DNA from: Lama glama
Taxonomy: Eukaryota
Direction: 5' to 3'
Length of the DNA stretch: 64,000 nucleotides
NCBI GenBank assembly: GCA_028534125.1
Contig: CM052816.1
Coordinates: 90,274,001 to 90,338,000, forward strand
Shown: in pieces, positions 1 through 11,210 of the stretch
How the letters are laid out: every line of letters begins with the position of its first letter
How positions within the stretch are numbered: the first letter of the stretch is position 1
Made by a program: the position numbers and the translations under genes
Notes under the pieces: model-generated
Databases searched by the model: none
Told to the model about the DNA's origin: nothing
Seen by the model: the letters and a program-made list of their open reading frames with translations, nothing else

Positions 1-864
1 TCGCTAATTATCAGAGAAATGAACGTTAAAACTACAATAAGGTATCACCTCACACTAGTCAGAATGGCCATCATTCAAAAGTCCCTGAATGATAGATAAA
101 TGCTGGAGAGGGTGTAGAAAAAAGGGAACCCTCTTACACTGCTGGTGGGAATGCAGTCTGGTGCAGCCGTTATGGAAAACAATATAGAGATTCCTCAAAA
201 AACTAAAAATAGATTCACTATATGATCCAGCAATCCCACTCCTGGGCATATATCCAGAGGGAACTTTAATTCAAAAAGACCATGCCCCCAATGTTCATAG
301 CAGCACTATTTACAGTAGCCAGGAAATGGAAGCAACCTAAATGTCCATCGACAGATGACTGGATAAAGAAGCTGTGGTGTATTTATATAACGGAATACTA
401 CTCAGCCATAAAAGATAATAAAATAATGTCATTTGCATCAACATGGATGGATCTGGTGATTGTCATTCTAAGTGAAGTAAGCCTGAAAGAGAAAGAAAAA
501 AACATATGATATCACTTATATGTGGAATCTAAAAAAAAAGGAAATACAACTTAACTTATTTAAAAAACAGAAACAGACTCACAGACATAGAAAACAAATT
601 TATGGTTACCAGAGGGGAAAAGGCATAGGAAGGGATAAATTGGGAGCCCGAGATTTGCAGATACTAACTAATATATATAAAATAGGTAAATAAAAAGTTT
701 ATACTGTATAGCACAGGGAACTATATTCAATATCTCATAGTAACCTATAATAAAAAAGAATATAAAAATGAATATACATATGTATATGTATGACTGAAGC
801 ATTATGCTGTACACCAGAAATTGACACAATGTTGTAAACTGACGATACTTCAATTAAAAAAAAT
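1..864 (+). mobile_element. Young L1 LINE 3' portion (ORF2 C-terminus, 3'UTR, A-tail), camelid-type; runs off the window start
   Basis: ORF 282-509 (PMFIAALFTVARKWKQPKCPSTDDWIKKLW) is the L1 ORF2 C-terminus. It is followed by a typical 3'UTR and CAATTAAAAAAAAT. Similar copies lie at 20030, 54726 and 63052. Confidence 0.95.
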
Positions 865-874
865 AAAACTGAAG

Positions 875-1006
875 GGAGGAGGGTATAGCTCAGTGGTAGA
901 GCACATGCTTAGCGTGCATGAGGTCCTGGGTTCAATTCCCAGTACCCCCATTAAAAAAAAAAGTTAATAAATAAAAACCTAATCACCTCCATCCCCAAAA
1001 AATAAA
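875..1006 (+). mobile_element. tRNA-derived SINE (Vic-1-like, camelid)
   Basis: A box TAGCTCAGTGG (886-896), B box GGTTCAATTCC (929-939), A-rich tail with AACCTAATCACCTCC. Degenerate TSD AAAACTGAAG 865-874 / ACAATTGAAG 1007-1016. Confidence 0.9.
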
Positions 1007-1024
1007 ACAATTGAAGAAAGAGGA

Positions 1025-1555
1025 TCTTGAGTTGACCATCAGTATCACTCCTAGATACCTTGCCATCAAATAGCCTATGTGAAAGAGCTTAGCAGGTTAT
1101 ACAAATCTCAGAGATCTAATTATAATGCCTCTCACATTCTGTTGGGAAATCATACCCACTTAGCCCTTGATGGCAAATATGCGCCTACCCATCTCTGCCA
1201 CACTGTGATTGTCTCATCCTTGTTGACCTCGAGATGCCCATATGGAGTCTGCAGATTCTTCTCAGCCTCAGCTGTCTCTGGGGACATTGACCACAACCAT
1301 CTCCACCAGGCCACAACAGAAGTGACCCTGTCTGTGTGGGTTCCGACTAACCTCGTGTTAATATAGCCCAACACTGTATTACCTCATGCCAACATCACCA
1401 CATGTGACTCATTTCCTGCCCAAGGGTTTCCCTGTGAAATTTTAGATGTGAAACCATGTAGACAGTCTTGACGACTTCAAATACAAAATGAAGAAGGGCG
1501 AGGGAGACAGGAGTTGATGAATAAATTCTTCCCCCTTCATCTTCCTGGATGGACT
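1025..1555 (+). mobile_element. ERVL-class internal remnant (ERV3-16A3-int-like 3' region)
   Basis: Resembles the recalled ERV3-16A3 internal 3' sequence and abuts an LTR16-like LTR. Carries ORF 1079-1366. Confidence 0.55.
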
Positions 1556-1556
1556 G

Positions 1557-1753
1557 TTCTGTGATATAGTCATAAGACACTCCCAAAAGACCCAGTTGTC
1601 GGTTTGATGTGGCACCGAACAGTGACCAATTTGTTGTCACACCCTGATATTTATTCTCCCTTCTTCTCTGCCTCACCACTGCTTTTTTGGTTCTGCATTC
1701 CCTAGTAGAAGCTTTTCCTGTAGGCTCTTCTCTCCGGCAGAATCCAAGCTAAC
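1557..1753 (+). mobile_element. LTR16-like ERVL LTR remnant
   Basis: The 3' end (AGGCTCTTCTCTCCGGCAGAATCCAAGCTAACA) resembles the LTR16-family terminus. Confidence 0.55.
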
Positions 1754-2079
1754 AGTTCATTTCATTTGTAGAGTAGTCCACCAGCATTTCTAGCTTAGAA
1801 GCAATGAGTAAAGAGTTATTCTACATAAAATGTGTGTTTTCCTCAATACTTTCTCAAATCCTTGGTGAAGAGTGAGTTCTCTGGATTTTTCTCAGGGGAT
1901 ACTGGGCTTTGGGTGAATGAGATGGGATATGTATGATGGGTTTAATACAGATGTTGAATACTTCGTTCTATACTCATCAAGGTCTTTCTGAACTCTCAAT
2001 GTCTTTAGTATGGGTCAGAGTTAGTTTGCATGGTGACCACCACTCAGCACTTATGAACACTAAATAAAATGGCATTCCT

Positions 2080-2595
2080 TAGTTACCCTGTCCTTCTAAG
2101 TCCTTCCCATTGTCTCTGAGATGAAATTGAAGCACTTTAGCCTCATACCCAGGATCCTCCTTGTCTCGCATCTGAGTTTCTCTCTAGCTTTATCTCCTGC
2201 AACTCCTAACCCTGCCCTTTACAAACTGTATTTTCAGTTTGCCACACACATCACCACGTACCTGCTTCTGTAATTTTGTTCATGCTGTTCCCTATTCTGG
2301 GAACTGCAGCCCTACGCTTCCCTGACTTATAAACTTTTTATTCATAAAGACTGAGCAGAGCTTCATTTTCCTCCAAGAAACATTTTCTAATTTTTTCCCC
2401 ATCCACGTCACCCTAAGATATGATGTTACTATCAAATTGTATTATTATGGTAAGATCACTTGTTTTCTAGATGTCCCTCAAAATAGACCAACTTCCCTGA
2501 GAGCAGGGACCAAATTTTATTTATACATGTGTCCTGGGACTTTGAACAATGTTGGTTTACATAAAGTGCCAAATAAATATTTGTTAAATTGTTGT
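2080..2595 (+). mobile_element. L2 LINE 3' fragment
   Basis: Degenerate L2 3' motifs ending in GTGCCAAATAAATATTTGTTAAAT. Confidence 0.7.
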
Positions 2596-5500
2596 TAAAA
2601 TACCCATTAGGGGAGGGTCAACGGAAATCCATTAGACAAAAGCACAATTAATAGGAAGATAGAATTCAAAGAAAAATACTTAAGTTTATCCATAAGAAAA
2701 AGATACAAGGAGTAATATAGAAGGCAAGCAATAGAGGTTTCAAAGAAACACAGAAACTGAAGAAGATGCCAGGCACCGAAATTCTTCCTAATTGTAGGCA
2801 TTGTTCCTAGCAAATTGTGTCTATTTCAACATTTCTCTATTAGAAACTCCTTAGTTCCATTATAAACGCTGACTCCAAAAGTGATTCCAATTCAATTTAA
2901 CCTCTAGTATATGCGTGTTTTACAGAGGCTGCGAACATCTTTATTTATTGCCAGATGGCTTTGTTTTCCATTTTGATTATGATGATGTTACTGTCAAATA
3001 TTGTTCTAACAACTTTGGATACTTGAACTTAAAACCTCTGTTTAGTAGCATTTACCATAAAGGTTAGGAATAACTAATTCCTCAAAGATTAAAACAAACT
3101 GTTATTATTATACCAATATCAGATATAATAATCAGAGTTGTTACCATGGGTTAAGTACCCACCACACAGGAAAAGTCCAATATGATGCGTTCTCTTTAAT
3201 CCTCGTAATTATAAGAATTTTTTTCCCACTTTAAATCTAAGGAAAAAGAAAATATCTCAGAGAAATTAAGGGATTTGATCTGAGCTGAGGTCTAGGTGAG
3301 GCCGAACTTGTCCTATTAAGAGAACAAATTGACATTAAGTAACAGAACTAATTTTAACATCAATGGATAGCGTCATGATTGCAAAGTTTCAAAAGTAAGA
3401 ATAAGAAACTTTCAACACTCAGTCCCAAGAGACAGGATTTCTGAAGAATACACTGAATTGTTTTTTTTTTTTTTCTTACCATTTACTGCTGGCATTTACT
3501 TTCATTTCATTTGCTTTAAGTGTTGTATTTCGTTTCAGATTGCTTCCACTATTACCAAAAATGAATTTGGAGCACAAACAAACAAACAGAAAAATACTGA
3601 CAAGTTATTTCCAGTTCCTTGGACGAGAGTTCCAGGGCTCTGTCACTTTCAAACAGAATCTTTTCTTTTCCTACCCTGAGAAAGTTTCTGAACTAATGGT
3701 GAAAGTGTGACTTTTCTTCCATGTTGGGAAATTGCCCTTCATGGTCTCATACCCTCCTCACCCCCACCAATTCCTCAAAATCTCCCTAATGAAATCCAGC
3801 AGATACAAATATCCAAGAGTCATATCTTTCATCGATGCTGACAAATTAGATTTACAAACGGAAAATGTGTTTTTTGTCAAGAGCTGAGGTTTCTCTCATT
3901 GCTCCTGAACCAGGACCAAGATTTAATAACATAGCAGTAGAAATGAGAACGCTCCCTGATAGACTGAGATCATCCCAACTATGGTAGCAGAAAGGGACAT
4001 CCGGGGCCCCCAAAGGGAACCCCAGCATGAGGGAGGAAGATCAGGGCTGCGGTGCCAGGGTTGGTTCTGGGAAAATGAGCAGCTGCGGCCGGAAGCCCAG
4101 CCTGGACGGGCCATCCTGCCTCAGAACCCATGCTCCAGGGAGAATGTCTGAGTATGTGAGTATTAACCAGCGACCCTGACTGGAGAAGTCCAAGAACGAA
4201 TCCCTCCAACCTCAGGGTGGGCAGGGTGTGTGCCAGCCTACGTGTGTTGTCCCCGCACTGAATGGCAGGGGGACAGCTTTCAGGAGAGCTGTGTTATGGC
4301 AGCACGAAGAGCACAAACAGCAAATGCCTGGTCTCCCTTGAGCACTGAGGGAGCTCTCAAGGTTGTCTTTAAATGGAACTGGGAAGCCGGAATGGTATTG
4401 AATAGGTCTTTGTGGTAACTCGACAATTCAGGCAGTGAGGGAATTTCTCTAGAAAGATCCCAGTCTTGCTCCTAATCTGAAAAACGGGGCATCTACCAGT
4501 TTTCATGTTGAAATCGGAGGTATGAGGTCACTGTTGCACTGTATTCTGGTAATGGCTGTCCTACAATTGCATGTGCATACACGTCTGATAATCAAGTAAG
4601 CTGCATATAGCATTTCTATTGAATTACGTGTAAGCAATTTGAATCCATCCATGCTCCTGTACTGCATTAGAGTGGGTGGAACCTCCCTAACCATTAAAGT
4701 CAAGATTGTGATGTCCAGAATAAACAAAATCAAGCACAAGTACCCTTACACAATGTGGTTTTAGCAAGATTTAATTTAGTCTGATTGTGTTACCCGTTAC
4801 AGAACCACAATTTTCATGCCACTGAGAAGCTCTTATTTCAAGCTGACCACATGTCAATGATCTTACACAAAATATTCTTTCCTGGGTTAACTGTGATGCA
4901 ATCTGAACAGCAGCACTGTCATATTATTATAAACTGAATGACTGTGACACATATATTCCAGATTCATAATGCATATGTTTTTAAGAACAGGGGTACATGA
5001 CCTTGTATTTTGGTACATGTGACATTCTTTTGTAATGTCTAAATGAAGCATCCTTTTAGGAATGCATAGTAATGTATCTGAGTATTTCAAATGTAAAATT
5101 CTAATTAAGATTTTATATTTAAATGTAATATTTAGACTTTATTGAGGATTGTACTTCCTCCTTAATTATACTTAATAATTATGCACCACATTACATATTT
5201 CCAGACCCTCTTCTCATTAGTGAACACATTCAATGTCATCATTGATTTACTTCGAAAAAGGTGACATTATACCCTTTATTTAGAGATAATAAGCAGAACA
5301 ATTTTCCCAAGGTCATGTAAGTATGAGCTCACATCTTTATGCTTTTGGAAGCTGTTGCTGAGAGAGAAGGACTAATCCCTACAATTATTCTGGCTTGACA
5401 TTTAGCCCTTCATAAAGTCCCTAAAGTTCAGAGAATGCAGTCCTCATCGCAATGACCCGTTCATCCTCCAGAGCACCCATCAGAGCCCTCCCAGAATCAG

Positions 5501-6833
5501 TTCTTTAGCAGAGGTGCTTTTGCATCCAATTGCTGTTAGAAAAGGAAAGACCAGGTAAGTTATCATGCATGACCCCACCTCCTGAGAACCAGTATAATGT
5601 ATTGGCCACTGCTTGCTTAGTGGAACAGCAAACATCTTCTTTTCTGGCGCCTAAACTCTAGCTTTGTTCCTCAACAGCAAGTTTCCAATACTGAGAAATA
5701 TTAAGATCCTAAAGATCCTTGGCTCAACTGCCTAACCAAATTTGAAACAAGGAGCACATTCTGACATTTTGGCTCTCTTCAAGTGTTCATTCTGAGCTTC
5801 CACGTAGATGAAGTTAGGCATTTGTAAAAATTCTCAAGAGCCTAAAGGCAAAAGTACCAATGTGAGCAAGTTTTTTTGCCAGATGTTTTGGGAACTCACC
5901 AACCAAAAGCATTTCTAAACTCTGCCAGTGGGGGATATGTGAGTGCTCTCTGCTAGACTCATGCAATTCTAAGTTCCATCCCAGGGGTGTTTTGTTGCAA
6001 GGTATGGAGCATGGCTGCCACATAATCCTGAGACATCTGGCCATTGGGAAGAACATTGAATCAAAAAACACACTTCATGGTGACGTGATATAACCTGAGA
6101 CTGAGTTCAGGTGCTACAGAGGTAAGAAAATATGAATTTGTACCTAGTAACTTAGTATTTGTTAATTTCACATAACCTCTTTTTCTCGATCCTTCTTCAG
6201 GGATACATGGATTGCTATACTTCTTTAAAGTCATCATCATATTAGCATTTTTCCAAAGTGGCACACATACTTCCAAATTTGTCTCCATCTGTAAAGTCAA
6301 ATACCCCACTAATGTTGCCCCAACATAAAAAATTAATCAGAGTTCAGTATTTTGATCAAGAAAAAAACACTTTTTTTAATTCTTCTTAATTGCAAAATCC
6401 CTTTACCTCAAATGCCAGCATTTATTTCTAGTCAGTAAATGAGTAAAATGAGAAATGCTGCCCTGGAGAATAATTAGGACAACAACAAAATGCTGTTTCT
6501 GTAATACATAAAATAACGCAAAATGCAAAATAGGAGTAAAGTTTCTGCAAAGAAGAAAGATAACGTCGGGAGGTAATTCTTCAAGGATCTGCTATTTCTG
6601 CACATCTTCTGAACAAAAGGCACCGACAACTTTTTTCAAGGTTATTTGCAAAGCTGCTTCAGAACAGGGGTCACATTTGCTTAAATTCAGGGCTATAAAG
6701 TCTTCCTATTTCCTGACACATTCCAGGATGATAAAGATGATGCCTGTAGAGGAAAGGACAGGCAGAGGCTAGCAGTCTCCTTCTAAGATAGGGGCTTTCT
6801 TGAGGTCAGTGTTCTTCAAGTGTAGCAAGGATC

Positions 6834-7332
6834 TGCAATTGGGAAGAACAAATCTCACTCCATACTAGATCTGTTCCTTTAGCTTTAACCCTGTGCTCCA
6901 TTTCCTGTGCTTAGTCATGCTAGTTCTGCACCTTTTGTAAAAGGCTGTTGCCTATAGACTGATAACCCATTCTCAAGGCTCTGACCTTTAAGGATCTAAC
7001 ACTTTTCCATTCATATAGAGATAAATTGTTGCAGAACAGAGAGAAACATTTGTCTTGGAGGTTTACAGGAACATTGTGACCCAATGCATGGGGACAGCTG
7101 CGAAAACTAAGGATTCCAACACCAGGAAGTTTGCAACAACCAACCACACCCTTTTTAGCATAAAATAAGCCTGAATTCTAACTCAGGTAAGATGGTTCTT
7201 TGGGGCACTAGTCCATCATCTTCTCAGTGAGCTGTCTTTCTGAAGAAAGTTGCTATTCCTTGCCCCAACAACTCGCCTCTGGATTTGTTGGCCTGTTGTG
7301 CAGTGAGCAGTATGAGCTTGGACTTGGTAACA
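6834..7332 (+). mobile_element. ERV1-class solo LTR (MER34/MER39/MER41-like; exact family not determined)
   Basis: TG...CA termini (TGCAATTGGGAAGAAC ... CTTGGACTTGGTAACA), about 500 bp. 4-bp TSD GATC 6830-6833 / GACC 7333-7336. Confidence 0.85.
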
Positions 7333-7734
7333 GACCCACTGTGTGGGCAGCCCCATATCACCACGCTGGGGACTAGAGGACCAGGGGAAGTGATGCAGAC
7401 AGGAAGCCCATGCTGTCCTCTGTGCTGTTAATAACAACTGTCTAAATCCATTCGGGCACATTGTCCCCTTACACTGGAGTGTGGCAAGCCTGTCTAGTGG
7501 TTTCAGTAGGAACTGCCTCTTAGGAACTTCACCACTGCTTGTCAGGACATAGGAAAGCAAGCTCTAGTCTTAGAATTGTATCTATTGCTCTGTTGAAATG
7601 GAAGAAGCCAGAAAGTGTGTCACAAAGCATCATGGCACAAGCTCCAGAATGGAGTTTTCATTGAAAATACCTATCTATGAGTACAGAGTCCAAAAATGCC
7701 CTGTTTCTGCTAAGAAAGTTAAGAAAATCTATCC

Positions 7735-7737
<3 letters not shown>

Positions 7738-7777
<40 letters not shown>
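7738..7777. repeat. (GT)20 microsatellite
   Basis: Perfect dinucleotide run read directly. Confidence 0.97.
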
Positions 7778-7782
<5 letters not shown>

Positions 7783-10431
7783 TCTCAAGAATCCAAGTTA
7801 CTCTTTGTCTGGAATTGTTGACTGGATGAAATGGGAATTTTGAGCCAACACATCTGAGATGTAAATGTAAGGAAAAATAGACTTTGATTACCGACATTAT
7901 GAAACATACACACACACACATTAATAAACTTCGGGGGAGAAAAATTCTGAAAGTTCCTATGGACCAAGAGGAGATGAATTAAAATTCATAGCATACTTCC
8001 TATTGTTTTACAGTACAGAGAGTAGTATTGAAATTCACTTAATTTTGTTATTTATTATTTTACTTGAGTGAAAATCAGAATATCCCCATTTGCCTTTATA
8101 GAATTAGTCACTGACCCTCTAGCCTATTTTTCTAATGCAGCTTAACATATTCAATGGGACTTCTATAAGGATAGAATGATGACCTCAGCATTGGGAAGGG
8201 ATTACTGTATTTCACACTAGAAGAAAATCTGCTGACTACAATTTACCTTCAGAATTTGGTTTCACCGGAGTTTTGGTTTTTGGTTTTTAAGTATTTTTTA
8301 ATCTGCATAATTCTTAAGTATTCAGTGTGCCATCCTAAATCATTGTTTAGTAAATTAAAGCATTGGGGAGTGAAAATGACTTACAAATGGTTTTTTTAGA
8401 ACATGTATATTCTGATTTTTCAGCCCAAATGTTTTTTCCCTGTTTTGGAATTTGGCAAGAATGTAAGAATGTCCTATGTTGATTAACTTTCAAACAGCAA
8501 TTGTGATTTAGATATATTTAAAGGCCATAATAATAATAGACTATGGAAAAAGCTTATGTAAACTGTGGAACTTTGTTCTTGTAGTTACATTTTTTAATTT
8601 ACTTTCTTCAATTTAATAAAGACAAAATTTGCTTTAATAAAGATGTTTGAGTATTGTTTATTTTAATTTAAATGTACACTTATGAAGGAAAGTAAGTAAA
8701 ATAATTATATCTGGACTATAGTATAAAGAGTTGCAGACATTTCTGTCAATTAATTTCTATTTAAATCTGAATTCTAAATCATTATCTCCAACTCACCAAT
8801 ATGTCATGTTCCAAAAATGCTTTGAAGCTAAATAAACCTCAGACCACATTTTCCTATGGAAACAAGTATTATAAATTACACTTTGATTTCTAAACCAGTG
8901 CACAAATCTCATCTTCCCCATGTACACAGATGTCATTGTAAGGATGGTGGTGTCAATCTTTCTGTTTTCTAAGTTTTGAGGAACTCCATTCCCCTGGAGG
9001 ATGACACCTCTCCGAATGAGTCAGGTGCTCTCCTGAATTGGAAGCAAGTGCCCAGCAATGAGAAATCTTTTCAGTAGTAAGGCAGGAGAACTCTAGAAGA
9101 GAGAAGGGGAGGGACAAGTAGCAGAATGGATGGCAGAACAGCCCCGATTGCACAGCTGAGGGTGCAGACCTACACTCAAATTTCAAAGGCAAGTACACTT
9201 GCCCTTAGCCCAGCCTCCAACTTCTCGCACCACAGCACCCAGCCAGCACACCTTCTTCTTTCTTCCCTCCATGTCAGAACTTCACAATCTAACTAGAATT
9301 TGAATTTGCACTGAGGGTCTGACTATTATTCATGAAAACAGTTTAGAATTATTTTGAAATCAGAAAGTCGCTGGTCTATGTTATTTTATTTTTTCACTTC
9401 ATTCAAATATGTAATTGTTCAGTATATTTGTAATGAACATATACAATGCATGGAAGATACTCGAGGTTTGTTCCTGAGTCTTATAATTCATATCCATGTC
9501 CCAATTAGCATCTGAGGCCATTAAATTTGTTGCCGTAGAAGATGTCTTATAAGGTCAAGGTCTTTAACTGCAGGGTCACAGACAAGAGGAACCAAAGAGT
9601 AGGAAAGGAAACACATCCAGAGTACCCCATCACCACTTCTTCATAAACAATTCAAAACGCACACTTTCATTCTACCTGTTATACTGAGAACACTGCTCAA
9701 AAAAAAAAAAAAAACTACTAGACTAGCATCAACAATTTACTACCAATATGTAAGTTTTGATTTCCATAAAATTCAAATATCCCTAGGAGGAACAAAACTG
9801 GTCATAATTATCAAAATTGATAATGATGAGTCAATTTCAGATTATTTGGTAAGAGCACTTTGTTTAAAAAAAAAAGGAAAAAGAAAGAGTGGGGAAAAGA
9901 ATATTATAATAGGCACTGAAGTTTTTCATGACCAATAAAAACTCCAAAGGAATAAATGTATATGAAATGTCATTATTTAGAAATATTGCTGTAGGTAGAG
10001 TTCTATCTGATAGAAGTTCTGCCAAAGAGGTTATTTTCTAATTAAACTAATTTTGACTGAAGACTTAAGAGCCAAAGCTTTCAAACTAATGAAATACTGG
10101 CGTTTGCTTTCTGAATAATGATCCTCCCATTTTTTAATGTTTCATTTGTCTATGTCAATACTCCCCTTCCATTTCTCTTCCATTTTTTCTCATGTTCATC
10201 CAATCACATTCAGCCCTTAGACTGATGGCAAACCAGAACCCCCAGATCAATTACTCACACCAAGAAAGCAGCAAGACAACAGCAGTATTACACTAAAAAA
10301 GTGAATGTTCTGAATTAGAATTAAACATATGAAATGGATATATGTATTTATGTGCTGATCTGTTATTAAAATATTTCCTTGGTGCCAGTGGTATTTATTA
10401 TTCTTTAGAATCAACTTTGCCTTACATTTTT

Positions 10432-10484
10432 TAACATTTTTTATTGATTTATAATCATTTTACAGTGTTGTGTCAAATTCCAGT
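10432..10484 (-). mobile_element. Ultra-short L1 3'-tail insertion with TSD
   Basis: Reverse complement matches the 3' end of the element at 62168-62382. Flanked by TTACATTTTT at 10422-10431 and 10485-10494. Confidence 0.85.
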
Positions 10485-11144
10485 TTACATTTTTATTTTG
10501 GGAATAAAAATTTCATTTTGAAGTCAAATGATTGTTTAATATCAATTTAGCCATCACAAGGAGATGATATTTTTAATACATCTTAATGCTGATTAGGTGA
10601 TAACTGGTCATGAAAATATATTTGATGCATATACATTTTTTTCAGTGTAGTTTAACATTCTAAAGCTTCATATAAAAAGGAAAGCTTATTAAAAAGTCTT
10701 CTATTTTTTCTTTTAATGTAAACTTATTGACACATTTTGATAGATACATACATGAGAAAAAATATAATTGTTGATCATATTTTTTGCTCAGTATCTATGA
10801 GAAACACTTTTTTAGACAAAAGAATTCGGATTTACCTACAAAGAAAAGAAAAACAACAGTAAGATATCACTTCAGGAAACTACTAAGTTTCAGAACATTG
10901 ACAAATTGTTGGTATAAAATTGAAGAATAGATATTTGAAGCTTATAAATGAAAGAAATTTAACCTACTACAAGTCAAATTCTAGTATGGGACTATCAAAA
11001 TTTTCAATATTCATTTTTCATGAGAGAGCCACATTTTACATATATTTTTGCAAAGTTGAATAATTTCAAACCATGTAAATATTATGTTACACTGAAGTTC
11101 CTCTAATGACACAATTGTTTCATCCCTGCCTTTCTTCTTAACCA

Positions 11145-11210
11145 TTTTTTTTTAATTGAAGTATAGTCAGTTTACAATGCTGTATCAGTTTCCGGTGAAC
11201 AGCATAATGT
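11145..11210 (-). mobile_element. Short L1 3'-tail fragment
   Basis: Poly-T then AATTGAAGTATAGTCAGTTTACAAT, the reverse complement of about 800-860. Confidence 0.85.

Noticed and set aside
55..853. ORFs 55-249, 282-509, 668-853 and 63426-63983 as genes
   Set aside because: Sense or antisense frames of truncated L1.
875..950. tRNA-like gene (also 46000-46076)
   Set aside because: Head of a SINE with an A-rich tail and a dispersed second copy; not a tRNA gene.
4027..4180. Short ORF MREEDQGCGARVG... with a GTGAGT donor
   Set aside because: No convincing acceptor or promoter and no recognisable homology; only a GC-richer patch.
7216..7967. ORFs of 60-114 aa
   Set aside because: They run through an LTR or the (GT)n repeat (CVCV/THTH runs).
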